The position numbers and the translations under genes are program-made. Below the pieces are notes generated by a model that saw only the letters and a program-made list of their open reading frames with translations, did no database searches and had not been told where the DNA came from. From an uncultured Thermoleophilia bacterium (GTDB lineage: Bacteria; Actinomycetota; Thermoleophilia; UBA2241), in the NCBI GenBank assembly GCA_963784975.1, contig CAWAUK010000044.1:33523-97522 (forward strand): a stretch of DNA of 64,000 nt, given 5' to 3'. Below, piece by piece: positions 1 through 9,871 of this stretch; the stretch's first letter is position 1, and every line of letters begins with the position of its first letter.

Positions 1-353
1 ACCGCCGCGACCGCAGGCGCGGCGGCGGTCCACAAGAAGGCGAAGCCCGTCTCCAGGTCCTCGGCCCGCGCCGCATCGGCCACATCCCGATCCGGCTCGA
101 GCGCGCCCTCGCCCTTCGCGAGCACCTCCGGGTCGAACGGCCCGGCGACGCGCGCCGCGGAGGAGCGGGCGACGCCGGGCGGCCGGTCCGGGTCGGCGCC
201 GGTCACGGACCCGCGGAACAGCACCAGCAGCAGGACCGTGAACGCTCCGTTGGCGAGCGCGAACCAGCTCCAGCTCCACCCCACGATCGCGAGCACGATC
301 GCGATGACCCCCACCACACCGCAGCCGATCGCCAGCGGCACCAGACGCTTCAT
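1..353 (-). CDS. hypothetical membrane protein (partial, runs off window start)
   Basis: Manual translation from ATG 353 (GGAGG RBS upstream): MKRLVPLAIGCGVVGVIAIVLAIVGWSWSWFALANGAFTVLLLVLF..., two hydrophobic segments; open to position 1. Confidence 0.6.
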   Translation of the reverse strand, partial: MKRLVPLAIGCGVVGVIAIVLAIVGWSWSWFALANGAFTVLLLVLFRGSVTGADPDRPPGVARSSAARVAGPFDPEVLAKGEGALEPDRDVADAARAEDLETGFAFLWTAAAPAVAA

Positions 354-368
354 GACGCCTCCCGTCCT

Positions 369-1940
369 TCAGTCGTAGTGCTGGAAGTCCGGCCACATCT
401 CCGCCCACGGACGCAGCGGCTGGCGGCACAGCCAGATCGACTGCCCCTGCTCCTCGTTGTCCACGCCCGCCGCATTGCCGATCCTCGCGACGCGATCGAC
501 CTGTCCGAAGTGCTGCTCGAGCCAGCGGGGATCCTCGCCCATGCCGACGGCGATGACCGTCGTGGCCTGTGCCGGCGGCGCGCCCCAGAGGTAGAAGTTG
601 TTCTGGCCGGAGTAGACCGGCGGCAGGCCGAAAGCCGGCCCGTAACGCTGGAGCGCGCCGGCCTCTCCGTAGTTGCCGGTGACGATCGCTGTTCTGGCCT
701 GCTCCGCCGGCGAGAGCGACCGGTACACGCCGGCGACCGTCTTCGTCAGGTCCGGCCAGCCGATCTCCTCGCCCAGGTTGTAGTTGATCTTCTGCAGCGG
801 GACGGTGTGCAGCCAGTGCGCCGGGAGGACCGGCAGCGATAACGGGACCAGGAGCACGGCGAACGCGACCATCCAGTGTATGCGGCGCGCGGCGAGCGCC
901 AGAGGAGGCGCCGCGCCGGTGGCCTCTCGGTGAAGAACCGGCGCGACCCATCGACCACGCCGGCCGTCGACCACAGAGCCGGCGCCGAACAGCACCAGGT
1001 ACAGCGGCCCGAGATAGTAGGGCCGGTCCCCCATGGCCGCCATGAGCAGGACGAAGAGCAGCAGGTAGGCAATGGCGAACGCCCGATAGTCGCGCAGCCG
1101 ACGATCCCGCAGCAGCGCCCACAGCCCCGCGAGCCAGACCGGGGCTGCCCAGAGCCCCGGCAGGACGAACTGCAGGATGACGAACGTGACGCTGTAGCCG
1201 GCCCCGGAGTGCTTCTCCCGGAGCGCCCCGCTCATCGCCAGCGTGGGCCAGCCGTGGTCCGCCTGCCAGAGCAGGTTGGGCACCCACAGCAGGATGGCGA
1301 TCCCGGCTCCGATCCAGAGATACGGGCTGCGGAGCACCTTCCACTGCCGGTTCACGACGAACCCCACCAGCAGCGCGATCACGAGAAACAGGATCGTGTG
1401 CTTCGCATACAGCGAGACCCCGACGAGGAAGCCGGCGAGCAGCCACAGGCGCTGGTCACCGCTGCGCAGGATGCGCAGCACGACGAGCATGACAAGTGCC
1501 CAGCCGACGAGGTCGTAGACGGTCGGCCCCGCCAGGTGCGCCAGGATCAGGAACGGGGAGACGGCGAGGAGAAGCGCGGCGAGAGTCTGGGCGAAGCGGC
1601 GGCCGCCCAGCTCGCGGGCCGTGAGGCCCGCGAGCACCACGGCCGCCGCGAACGCCAGGGCGGGGAAGAGCCGAAGGCCGGAGAGCGAGTCGCCGAAGAG
1701 GCGTCGCGCGAGCCAAACCAGCGCGACGCTCAGCGGCGGCTGGTCGACGTACCCCCAGGCCAAGTGCTTGGACGCGGCCACGAAGTACAGCTCGTCCCGG
1801 TGGTAGCCGTAGCGCCCGGCGAGCAGCATGAGGAGGACGAAGGCGCCGGCGGCGATGCCGGCCACTGGCAGCCACGCGACCGGCGCGAGCTCACGTGGCC
1901 AGCCGGAATCCGGGCGCTCACCTTTCAGACTCGTCGTCAT
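369..1940 (-). CDS. GT-C fold membrane glycosyltransferase (family 39/83, PMT/ArnT-like)
   Basis: RYGYHRDELYF and LAWGYVDQPPL motifs, many TM helices; probable pair of compensating indels around 880-970. Confidence 0.8.
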   Translation of the reverse strand: MTTSLKGERPDSGWPRELAPVAWLPVAGIAAGAFVLLMLLAGRYGYHRDELYFVAASKHLAWGYVDQPPLSVALVWLARRLFGDSLSGLRLFPALAFAAAVVLAGLTARELGGRRFAQTLAALLLAVSPFLILAHLAGPTVYDLVGWALVMLVVLRILRSGDQRLWLLAGFLVGVSLYAKHTILFLVIALLVGFVVNRQWKVLRSPYLWIGAGIAILLWVPNLLWQADHGWPTLAMSGALREKHSGAGYSVTFVILQFVLPGLWAAPVWLAGLWALLRDRRLRDYRAFAIAYLLLFVLLMAAMGDRPYYLGPLYLVLFGAGSVVDGRRGRWVAPVLHREATGAAPPLALAARRIHWMVAFAVLLVPLSLPVLPAHWLHTVPLQKINYNLGEEIGWPDLTKTVAGVYRSLSPAEQARTAIVTGNYGEAGALQRYGPAFGLPPVYSGQNNFYLWGAPPAQATTVIAVGMGEDPRWLEQHFGQVDRVARIGNAAGVDNEEQGQSIWLCRQPLRPWAEMWPDFQHYD

Positions 1941-1999
1941 GAGCGAATCGTACTCGCGCCGCCGAGCGCGCGACAGAGGTCTTCGCCCCGATCGGGACG

Positions 2000-2024
2000 G
2001 TTTCGCCCCTGAGAGTGAGGGAAC
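2000..2024 (+). promoter_or_regulatory. candidate SigF/SigB-type promoter for cupin gene
   Basis: GTTT-N15-GGGAAC, resembles the actinobacterial SigF consensus GTTT-N15-17-GGGTA. Confidence 0.4.
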
Positions 2025-2065
2025 GGGCCAGTATGGGCATCCGGCTCGTCACAACGAGGTGAACG

Positions 2066-2446
2066 ATGGACAAGATACGCGCGACGTCGCGCTCCCTGAG
2101 TGAAGCCGACGAGCAGGTAGACAGGGGACCGGTCCACATCGACGCCATCCGGCTCGGCGACTTCAAGGTGAAGCGGCAGACCTACCCGCCGGGCTGGCGG
2201 TTCTCGAAGGACATGGGCCAGGCGCAGTGCTACGACACCCATGTCGGCTATGCCATCTCGGGGCACGTGCACGTCCAGTTCGGGAACGGGCGGGAGCTCG
2301 ACGTCCGGGGCGGCGATGTCTTCGTCATCCCCCCGGGCCACGACGCCTGGACGGTCGGCGACGAAGCCATGGTGATGGTGCAGTTCGACGAGGGCGCGTC
2401 CGCGCTCGAGCGGTTCGGCGTGGAAGCGCCGGCCAAGGCGGCCTGA
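2066..2446 (+). CDS. cupin domain protein
   Basis: PPGWRFS...HVGYAISG...GDVFVIPPGHDAWTVGDE cupin motifs; GAGG RBS. Confidence 0.8.
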   Translation: MDKIRATSRSLSEADEQVDRGPVHIDAIRLGDFKVKRQTYPPGWRFSKDMGQAQCYDTHVGYAISGHVHVQFGNGRELDVRGGDVFVIPPGHDAWTVGDEAMVMVQFDEGASALERFGVEAPAKAA

Positions 2447-2461
2447 ACGCCGCGTCGCGAA

Positions 2462-2500
2462 CGGCGGACCGGAGCCCCGCGTCAGGGCTCCGGTCCGCCG
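2462..2500. terminator. 16-bp perfect hairpin between convergent genes
   Basis: CGGCGGACCGGAGCCC (2462-2477) / GGGCTCCGGTCCGCCG (2485-2500). Confidence 0.6.
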
Positions 2501-2572
2501 GCGCGAAGATGAGAAGACGGAGCCACGACTCCATCCGTCGCCGGGCAGGCAAGGGCCGGAACGGCCGGCCGC

Positions 2573-3524
2573 TCAAGTGGAAGGCGTGTCCGCGGCGGAC
2601 GACGCCCTGCCGGCGCCCCCGGAGAGCGCCTCGACCTCGATGAAGATGCGGCTGACCTCGGGGAACGGCTCGCCGATCCGCTCCTCGATGCGGTGCACGG
2701 CGTCGTGGATCTCCTCGGCCGGCAGGCCGGGCGTGAACTTGACCTCGATGTTGAGGAGCACGTCGTCCGGGCCAAGGTGCATGGTGAGCACCACGCCGAG
2801 GCCCGTCACCGCGGGGTCCTCAAGCACGATGCGGCGGATGTCCGCGACCATCTCCGGATCCGCCGCTTCGCCCACCAGCAGGCTCCTGCTCTCGTAGGCG
2901 AGCCAGAGCGCCGCGACGATGAGGATGCAGCCGATGACGACCGACGCGAGGCCGTCGAAGACCGGCGCATGGAGCAGGTGGCTGATGGCGACGCCGACGA
3001 ACGCGACCGACAGGCCCAGCAGGGCGGCCGTGTCCTCGAAGAGCACGGTGAACAGGCTGGGATCCTTGCCGTGGTGGATCGCCGCGATCGTCGTGCGTCC
3101 CGCGCCTGGTCCCGCGGAACGTCCGCCAGGCGACGCTGAACGAGATGCTCTCGAAGAGGGCGGCCAGCGCAAGCACGACGTAGTTGATCGTCGGGTTCTC
3201 GAGGGGGACAGGGTGCCGGATGTGGATGATGCCCTCGTAGATGGACATGCCGCCGCCGATGCCGAAGATGCTGACGGCGACGATGAGGCTCCAGAAGTAG
3301 ACCTCCATGCCGTGGCCGAAGGGGTGCTGGTCGTCGGCCGGTCTGGCGCCGCGATTGAGGCCGTAATAGAGGAGGCCGCCGTTGCCGGTGTCGACGACGG
3401 AGTGGATGCCTTCGCTGATCATCGCCGAGCTGCCGGTCATGGCTCCGGCGACGAACTTGATGGCCGCGATCGCGATGTTGCCGATGATCGCGGCGACGAC
3501 CGCCTTCTTGGATTCCTGCGCCAT
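2573..3524 (-). CDS. cation diffusion facilitator (CDF) family transporter, frameshifted near 3100
   Basis: N-half SSAMISEGIHSVVDTGN...HPFGHG in ORF 2820-3524; C-half KDPSLFTVLFED...TMHLGPDDVLL...RIFIE in ORF 2573-3172. Confidence 0.85.
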
Positions 3525-3631
3525 GGACGGAGTCTACTGCACGCCGCGCGAGGGACCGGGTCTTCACCCGACTTCCAAACGGGTACGTAAAGAGTAAGAA
3601 TGGACTCGTGGCTCTTGAAGGGAGTACCACG

Positions 3632-3799
3632 ATGCCTGGCAGCAGCGAGTATGAGTGTGGCGAATGTCGCCACCGCTTCCGCGCACCTGAGGGTGTGCCT
3701 CGAGACACGCGTTCTCTCATGTGTCCCGCGTGCGGGAGCATCGACCTCAACCTCATGAACAGCGATCGGCCGGCTCCAGGCCGTCTGGACCGCCCGTGA
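3632..3799 (+). CDS. small zinc-ribbon protein (FmdB-like)
   Basis: MPGSSEYECGECRHRF...CPACGS, two CxxC pairs; GAAGGGAG RBS 7 nt upstream of ATG. Confidence 0.7.
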   Translation: MPGSSEYECGECRHRFRAPEGVPRDTRSLMCPACGSIDLNLMNSDRPAPGRLDRP

Positions 3800-3934
3800 G
3801 GCAGCGCCCGCCGAGCAGTGGCGGGCGCCGAGCGAACCGGCGTCCTCGTAGCGGCGCTCGACCCGGGCCGCCGGCCTCGCCCGACGAGGGCGAGGCGGCG
3901 GCGACTGCTTCATGCGGTCTGGTACCCTAGGCTC

Positions 3935-4670
3935 ATGCTGAGAGCCGTCACGTTCGACTTCTGGAGCACCCTGTTCGTGGACTCCCGCGGCGGCGAGCGA
4001 GAAGCGCTGCGCGCCACCGTCCTCGCGGACGCCCTGCGCGCCGCGGGCCTCAAGGCCTCCGCCCAGGCGCTGCGCGAGTCCTTGCGCGCCAGCTGGGACC
4101 ACTTCGACGCCGTGTGGCTGCACGAGCATCGCACGCCGCCGTGCGCGGAGCTCGTCGACGCCATCCTCGGTTCCCTGCACGTGCAGCTGCCGCCGCCGCT
4201 CCGTGGAGGCGCTCGTGGACCGCTTCGAGCGCCTCATCCTGGAGATACCTCCCGAGCCCATGCCGGGCGCCGTCTCCACGATGCCGCAACTCGCCAAGCG
4301 CTACCGGCTCGCCATCATCTGCGACACCGGGTACTCGCCCGGAGCGGTGCTGCGCGAGCTGCTCGACCAGCACGACCTGCTCGGATACTTCGAGTACACG
4401 TACTTCTCCGACGAGCACGGGATGAGCAAGCCGGACACGCGCGTCTTCCTGCACGTCCTCGAGGAGTTGAGCGTGCGTCCCGCCGAGGCGGCCCACGTCG
4501 GCGACATCCAGCGCACGGACGTCGCCGGGGCGCAGGCCGCCGGCATGGCCGCCGTCCACTTCGTCGGCGCCAACAACGCCGACGTCCCTCACTCCACCGG
4601 GGACGTCATCGTCAGTCACTTCGAAGAACTGCCGCAGGCGCTCGGCAGCCTCAGCTGTGCCGGCTGCTGA
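3935..4670 (+). CDS. HAD family hydrolase, frameshifted near 4200
   Basis: MLRAVTFDFWSTL motif I in one frame; SKPD and HVGDIQRTDVAGA motifs in ORF 4203-4670. Confidence 0.8.
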
Positions 4671-6141
4671 CCACAAGTCCCGCGTGAGCCGGCAGCGCCG
4701 GCCGTACCTGATCGCCGCCGGCGCCGGGCTGGCGGTCTTCGTGGTCGTGGCCATCCTCATGCACGCCGGTGTCCTGGACTCGTTCGACGTCAGGGTCGTC
4801 GACTTCTTCGCCGCGCATCATCGCCGGCAGCCGTTCACGGGTGTCGCCGAAGTGCTCGACGCGCTCGACAGATGGTGGCTCCTGACCATCATCGTCGCCG
4901 CGCTGCTCGGCGGCCTCTGGTGGTCCGGACGCATGGTGCAGGCCGTGTACCTCGGCGTCAGCATCGCCGTGGCGCTGGTCCTCAACCCGCTCCTCAAGGT
5001 GGCGTTCGAGCGGCCGCGCCCCACGGGGACCGCACTCGTCACCGTCTCGAGCACCGCCTTCCCGAGCGGTCACACGACGACGGCGACCACCATCGCCACC
5101 GCGCTGGCCGTGATCGCCTGGCCCACGCGCTGGCGCTGGCCGGTCATCGGCGCCGCCGTGGTGTTCAGTGTGGCGATGGGCGTGTCGCGCGTGTACCTCG
5201 GGGTGCACTGGCCATCCGACGTGGTCGGCGGCCTCGCCCTCGGGTTCACCATCGCCATGGGCGTCCGTGCGCTCATGCCGTGGCCCTCGGCCGCGGAAGC
5301 GGCACTGATGCAGAGCGGGAAGGCCGCGACGGCCGCTGGAGAGCGCGGCGCGACCGCGGCGGCCGGCGGAGCAGACGTCGTCCCGGTGGACGACGCGCCC
5401 GCCATCGATGTCGTCTTCCTGGACTGGGGTAACACGCTCATGGTCGACCTCGGGATGCGTGATGGTCCCATGAAGGACTGGGAGAAGGTCGAGGTGGAGG
5501 CCGGCGCGCAGGAGGCGCTGCTCCGCCTGCGCGCCCGCTACCGCCTCGTGGTCGCCACCAACGCGGCGGACTCACCCGGCTCCGACGTGCGCCTCGCGCT
5601 CGCGCGCGTGGGCCTGGACGAGTACGTCGACGACGTCATCTCCTCCGCCGACGTCGGCGACCACAAGCCCAACTACGCCTTCTTCCGCGCCGCGCTCCTG
5701 CGCGAGGGAGACCGCGGCCTGCCGCTCGACCCGCGCCGCGCCGTCATGGTGGGCGACGGCACCACCAACGACATCGCCGGCGCGCAGCGCGCCGGGATCC
5801 GGACGATCTGGTACAACCCGACCAAGCGCCGGTTCCCCGAAGCGGCGCGGCCGCCGGACGCGGTGATCCGCAAGCTCACGGAGCTGCCGGCGGCGGTCGA
5901 CCGGCTCGCCGGCGTCCAGCCGGAGAAGCGGTCGCGCAGGCAACGCAAGTCCGACGCCGATGCGGCCGCCACGGCGGCTGCGGCGGCCGCCGCCGGGACC
6001 CTGCGGGCCGAGACGGCCGCCGAGGATTCCGCGGCGTCCGCGGCCGCCGCGATCTCCGGGCAGCACAAGATGGACGCGCCTGCGGAGCAGACGCCCGACG
6101 CGCTCACCGGCACGCCGGCCGGACCACCGGACGAGAGGTAG
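4657..6141 (+). CDS. PAP2 phosphatase-HAD hydrolase fusion protein
   Basis: KVAFERPRP, FPSGH, SRVYLGVHWPSDV (PAP2), then FLDWGNTL, HKPN, VGDGTTND (HAD); start may be GTG 4684. Confidence 0.8.
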   Translation: MPAADHKSRVSRQRRPYLIAAGAGLAVFVVVAILMHAGVLDSFDVRVVDFFAAHHRRQPFTGVAEVLDALDRWWLLTIIVAALLGGLWWSGRMVQAVYLGVSIAVALVLNPLLKVAFERPRPTGTALVTVSSTAFPSGHTTTATTIATALAVIAWPTRWRWPVIGAAVVFSVAMGVSRVYLGVHWPSDVVGGLALGFTIAMGVRALMPWPSAAEAALMQSGKAATAAGERGATAAAGGADVVPVDDAPAIDVVFLDWGNTLMVDLGMRDGPMKDWEKVEVEAGAQEALLRLRARYRLVVATNAADSPGSDVRLALARVGLDEYVDDVISSADVGDHKPNYAFFRAALLREGDRGLPLDPRRAVMVGDGTTNDIAGAQRAGIRTIWYNPTKRRFPEAARPPDAVIRKLTELPAAVDRLAGVQPEKRSRRQRKSDADAAATAAAAAAAGTLRAETAAEDSAASAAAAISGQHKMDAPAEQTPDALTGTPAGPPDER

Positions 6142-6143
6142 TC

Positions 6144-6683
6144 ATGGACCTGTCACAGCCAGACCAGTGGTGCCGCCGTGCGCTGCAGCTCGGCGTGGAC
6201 GCGGCGACGCCGGTGGACGCCGACGCGATCGTCGCCGCCGAATGGGTGCGCATGAAGTGCGTCTTCGGCTGCGACGAGGTGGGGATCCGCAAGACGTGCC
6301 CGCCCAACCTGCAGCCCGTCGCCGTCACCCAGAAGCTGCTCTCGGAGTACCGGACCGGCGTGCTTCTCGAGGTCGGCCCTATCGTCGGCGAAGAGAACAG
6401 CGACCCCGAGTCGCGACGCCTCAACGACGCCGCGCTCGCGCTCGAGCGCGACCTCTTCCTCGCCGGGCATCACAAGGCGTGGATGATGGGCGCCGGACCG
6501 TGCGACATCTGCGAGTCCTGCGCCAAAGGCAGGGAGTGCCCCACCCCCGAGAAGGCCCGGCCCTCGATGGAGGGCTGCGGCATCGACGTCTTCGCCACGG
6601 TGCGCAATGCCGGGCGGATCATCGACGTGGTGCGGGACGTGGACGACGAGTACCGCTACTTCGCCCTCGTCCTCGTCGACTGA
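6144..6683 (+). CDS. DUF2284-like Cys-rich metal-binding protein
   Basis: CVFGC...CPP, GAGPCDICESC, ARPSMEGCGIDVFATVRNAG. Confidence 0.8.
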   Translation: MDLSQPDQWCRRALQLGVDAATPVDADAIVAAEWVRMKCVFGCDEVGIRKTCPPNLQPVAVTQKLLSEYRTGVLLEVGPIVGEENSDPESRRLNDAALALERDLFLAGHHKAWMMGAGPCDICESCAKGRECPTPEKARPSMEGCGIDVFATVRNAGRIIDVVRDVDDEYRYFALVLVD

Positions 6684-6684
6684 C

Positions 6685-7560
6685 TCAGGCCGCCCGCGAC
6701 ACACCCTGCCGGCTCAAGCCGACGTGCCGACGGCAGAGGTCGAGCCCGCCGCCCTCCTCCAGCCAGCTGGCGAACGTGTGCAGCCGCGGGTGGACGCCGC
6801 GCAGCCACTCCACGTCGTGCACCTGGGTCGAAGCCTCCTGGTAGACGAACACGCCTTCGACCTGGACCTCTTCGTAGCCCACCGGCTCACCCAGGGCGGC
6901 GGTCAGCTGCGCCGCGATGCCGAGCGGCGTCTGCGTGTCTCCGGCGACGTCGAATGCACGGCCGGCGAACTCGCCCGGGCGCGTCGCCGCGAGAGCGGCC
7001 AGGGCGCCGACGTCGTCGAGCGCCACGAGCGGCAGGTGCGCGCCGGCCGTGAACGGCGTCGACAGCGTCAGGTCCGGCCCGAAGCGACTGAGCCAGTACC
7101 AGGGCACCTCCTCCATGAAGGTCGCCGGCCGCAGGACGGTCGCCGGCAGGTCCAGCGTATGCAAGTAGCGCTCGGTCTCTGAGCTGACGTCGCACGACAA
7201 CCGGTGGTGGTCCGGCCCGGTGGCGGCGGCGAAGACGATGTGCGGGACGCCGGCCCGCGTGGCCGCGTCGATGATGTTCCGGCCGTGGCGCAGCCGCTCC
7301 GCGGGGCCGGTGTCCGGGTCCTCGAGGACGAGGACGAGTGCGCTTGCGCCACTCAGGGCGCCCTCGACGGCGCCGGGATCGTCGAAGCGCACGAGCCGTG
7401 TCGCGGCGCCGGCCCAGCGCTCGTCGCGCAGCCGGCGGCTGTCCCGCTCGTCGAAGAGCGCGTGCGCCTCGACGCCAAGCGCGCGCAGATGGCGGATGGC
7501 CGCTCCGCCCTGGTGCCCGGCGGCGCCGACGACGTAGACCGGGCCTGTCGCTGTGCTCAT
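6685..7560 (-). CDS. NmrA-like NAD(P)-binding protein
   Basis: VYVVGAAGHQGGA Rossmann motif, TVLRPATFME, VALDDVG. Confidence 0.75.
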   Translation of the reverse strand: MSTATGPVYVVGAAGHQGGAAIRHLRALGVEAHALFDERDSRRLRDERWAGAATRLVRFDDPGAVEGALSGASALVLVLEDPDTGPAERLRHGRNIIDAATRAGVPHIVFAAATGPDHHRLSCDVSSETERYLHTLDLPATVLRPATFMEEVPWYWLSRFGPDLTLSTPFTAGAHLPLVALDDVGALAALAATRPGEFAGRAFDVAGDTQTPLGIAAQLTAALGEPVGYEEVQVEGVFVYQEASTQVHDVEWLRGVHPRLHTFASWLEEGGGLDLCRRHVGLSRQGVSRAA

Positions 7561-7820
7561 GACCCTTACCCCGCTTCCGTGCTCACGGGAAGTGCTTCCG
7601 ATACGAGGGTTGTTCCCACGAACGAACATCCGGGTCGTTGTCGGAGGCATCGCGGCGTCTTCCGACCCCGCAGCCAAGGCTCACGATGCTGCTCTGCGCG
7701 CGCGGATCTCTGCCTGGACCCGACGCGGGAGGTGGCCCCGAGGGCGCTCTCCTGGAAGCTCTCCAGACGCATGCCGGACTGCGGGACCTGGCCCCGGCCG
7801 AGGTAGTGAGGGCGCTGCAG

Positions 7821-9371
7821 CTACAGCAGCGCGGCCGCCTGCTCGAGGCGGGCGACGGCGTTGTCGCGGCCGAGCACCCAGAGACTCTCGAAGAGGCCGG
7901 GGGTGACGCTCTGGCCGCTCATACCGAGGCGGAGAGCGGCGAAGACGGCTTTGGGCTTGAGCTCGAGGGTCGGCGGCAGCTCGCGTACGAGCGTCTCGAC
8001 GGCAGGCACGTCCCACTGGTCGAGCTCGCGGAGGCCGGCGGCGGCGGCGGCAAGGGTCTCCGCCGCTCCCGCGGTCGTCTGGAGCCGCTCGAGCGCCTCC
8101 GGCGCGAACGCGAGCGGCCGGAAGAACCAGCCGGCCATCGGGATGAAGTCGGCGAGCGCCTCGATCTTCTCATGCACGAGCGGAGCGACCTCGCGTGTGA
8201 GCGCCTCCTGCTCCTCATCCGGTACAGTCGGCGGCAGGTTCTCGGTCTCGGCGTCCTCTACGGCGGCGGCGAGCGCCTGCGGCCCCTCGGCCGCCAGCTC
8301 GCCGACGGCGGTCGGATCGCCGTAGAAGCCGACCCGCGTGAGGTACTCGACGAGGCGACCGCCGAGCCACTCGTCGGTCATGGCGCGCACGTAGCGGCCG
8401 TTCATCCAGCGGAGCTTCTCCGGGTCGAAGATGCTCGGGCTGGTGCCCAGCTTGGTGACGTCGAAGTTCGCGACGAGGTCGTCCAGCGACCAGGTGATCA
8501 TCGTCTCGTCGAACTCCGCGCTGAGGAAGCAGAGGTAGTTGCGCACCACCTCGACGAGGAAGCCCTCCGCGGTGAGCTGCTCGAGCTTGGTGGCGCCGTG
8601 CCGCTTGCTGAGCTTCTTCTTGTCGGTGCCGAAGAGGAGCGGCATGTGCAGGAACTCGGGGACGGCGGCGCCGAGCGCCTCGTAGACGACCACCTGCTTG
8701 GGTGTGTTGCTGATGTGGTCGTCGCCGCGGATGACGTGCGTGACCTCCATGGTGACGTCGTCGACGACCACGGCGAGGTTGTAGGTGACGGTGCCGTCCG
8801 AGCGCTGCACGATGAAGTCGCCGATTGTCTCGTTCTCGAAGGCGACATCGCCGCGCAGGATGTCGTGGAAGACGGTGCGGCCGGCGGGCACGTGCACGCG
8901 CAGCGTGTACGGTTCTCCGGCCTCCTGGCGGCGCTGGACCTCTTCCGCCGCCAGCGCCCGACACTGGCCCGAGTAGACCCAGTCGCGGTCCTCCCGCTGG
9001 GCCGCCGTGCGCTCGGCCTCGAGCTCCTCCGACGTGCAGAAGCACGGGTAGACGCTGCCCGTCCCCAGCAACCGCGCGACGTACTCGTGATAGATGTCGT
9101 CTCGCTCCGTCTGCCGGTACGGCCCGTGGGGCCCGGGCACGCCGGGTCCCTCGTCCCAGTGCAGGCCCATCTCCCTCATCGACGCGACGATCTGGACGAT
9201 GGCCTCGTCCGTGCTCCTGCTGAGGTCGGTGTCCTCGATGCGGAGGATGAACGTGCCTTTGTGCCGGCGCGCGAAGATGTAGTTGTAGAGACCCGTACGC
9301 GCGCTCCCCAGATGCAGGTAGCCGGTGGGCGACGGGGCGAAACGGACGCGGACGTGGCGGTTCTCGGGCAT
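7821..9371 (-). CDS. gltX: glutamate--tRNA ligase
   Basis: RVRFAPSPTGYLHLGSART, LRIEDTD, HVIRGDDH, KLSKRHGA. Confidence 0.97.
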   Translation of the reverse strand: MPENRHVRVRFAPSPTGYLHLGSARTGLYNYIFARRHKGTFILRIEDTDLSRSTDEAIVQIVASMREMGLHWDEGPGVPGPHGPYRQTERDDIYHEYVARLLGTGSVYPCFCTSEELEAERTAAQREDRDWVYSGQCRALAAEEVQRRQEAGEPYTLRVHVPAGRTVFHDILRGDVAFENETIGDFIVQRSDGTVTYNLAVVVDDVTMEVTHVIRGDDHISNTPKQVVVYEALGAAVPEFLHMPLLFGTDKKKLSKRHGATKLEQLTAEGFLVEVVRNYLCFLSAEFDETMITWSLDDLVANFDVTKLGTSPSIFDPEKLRWMNGRYVRAMTDEWLGGRLVEYLTRVGFYGDPTAVGELAAEGPQALAAAVEDAETENLPPTVPDEEQEALTREVAPLVHEKIEALADFIPMAGWFFRPLAFAPEALERLQTTAGAAETLAAAAAGLRELDQWDVPAVETLVRELPPTLELKPKAVFAALRLGMSGQSVTPGLFESLWVLGRDNAVARLEQAAALL

Positions 9372-9453
9372 GGGTCGCCATGATACCGCATCGTCACTTC
9401 CGCCAGGCGCCGCACGGCTTTCCAGCCTCGCAGAAGTGGACTACAATGACCCG

Positions 9454-9822
9454 ATGGACACCTCTCCCCAGCGAATGCGGGTCACGGAATCCCGGCCGCG
9501 CGATCACGTCGAGACCATCCGCATCAGCCCGGGCGACGTCGTCGGCGTCGGGCATCGCAACCAGCAGTACCCCGAGTTCCTCTGGTGCGCGTCGGAGTAC
9601 GGCCTCCAGGGCTGGGTCGCGGAGGCGTACCTCGAGATGACCGGCGAGAAGGAGGCAGTGGCGCTGCGCGAGTACGACGCCGCGCAGTTGACCGTCGTGA
9701 AGGGCGAAGTGCTCGACGTCCTCGACCAGCAGGGCGCCTTCATCCTCTGCCGCAACGCCGGCGGCGTCCAGGGTTGGGTCCCCCGGCGCGTTCTCGAGGA
9801 AGACGCCCAGGGCGACTCCTGA
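9454..9822 (+). CDS. tandem SH3-domain protein, paralog 1
   Basis: Two SH3-like repeats (GWVAEAYL; ALREYDAAQLTVVKGEVLDV...GWVP); TACAAT 6 nt before ATG. Confidence 0.75.
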   Translation: MDTSPQRMRVTESRPRDHVETIRISPGDVVGVGHRNQQYPEFLWCASEYGLQGWVAEAYLEMTGEKEAVALREYDAAQLTVVKGEVLDVLDQQGAFILCRNAGGVQGWVPRRVLEEDAQGDS

Positions 9823-9871
9823 GGGGCGGAATGACGCGCGGATCGTGCGTCGAAGAGACCGCGGAGGGATC

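Noticed and set aside
4652-4670. HAD ending SCAGC-TGA as a second selenoprotein
   Set aside because: The HAD domain is already complete, there is no convincing SECIS hairpin, and the next gene starts here.
7561-7820. tRNA-Glu/Gln downstream of gltX
   Set aside because: No cloverleaf with a properly placed T-loop and acceptor stem found.
7638-9383. Long antisense and shadow ORFs (this one and many others in the track)
   Set aside because: Expected in high-GC DNA opposite real genes; Arg/Ala/Pro-rich with no motifs.
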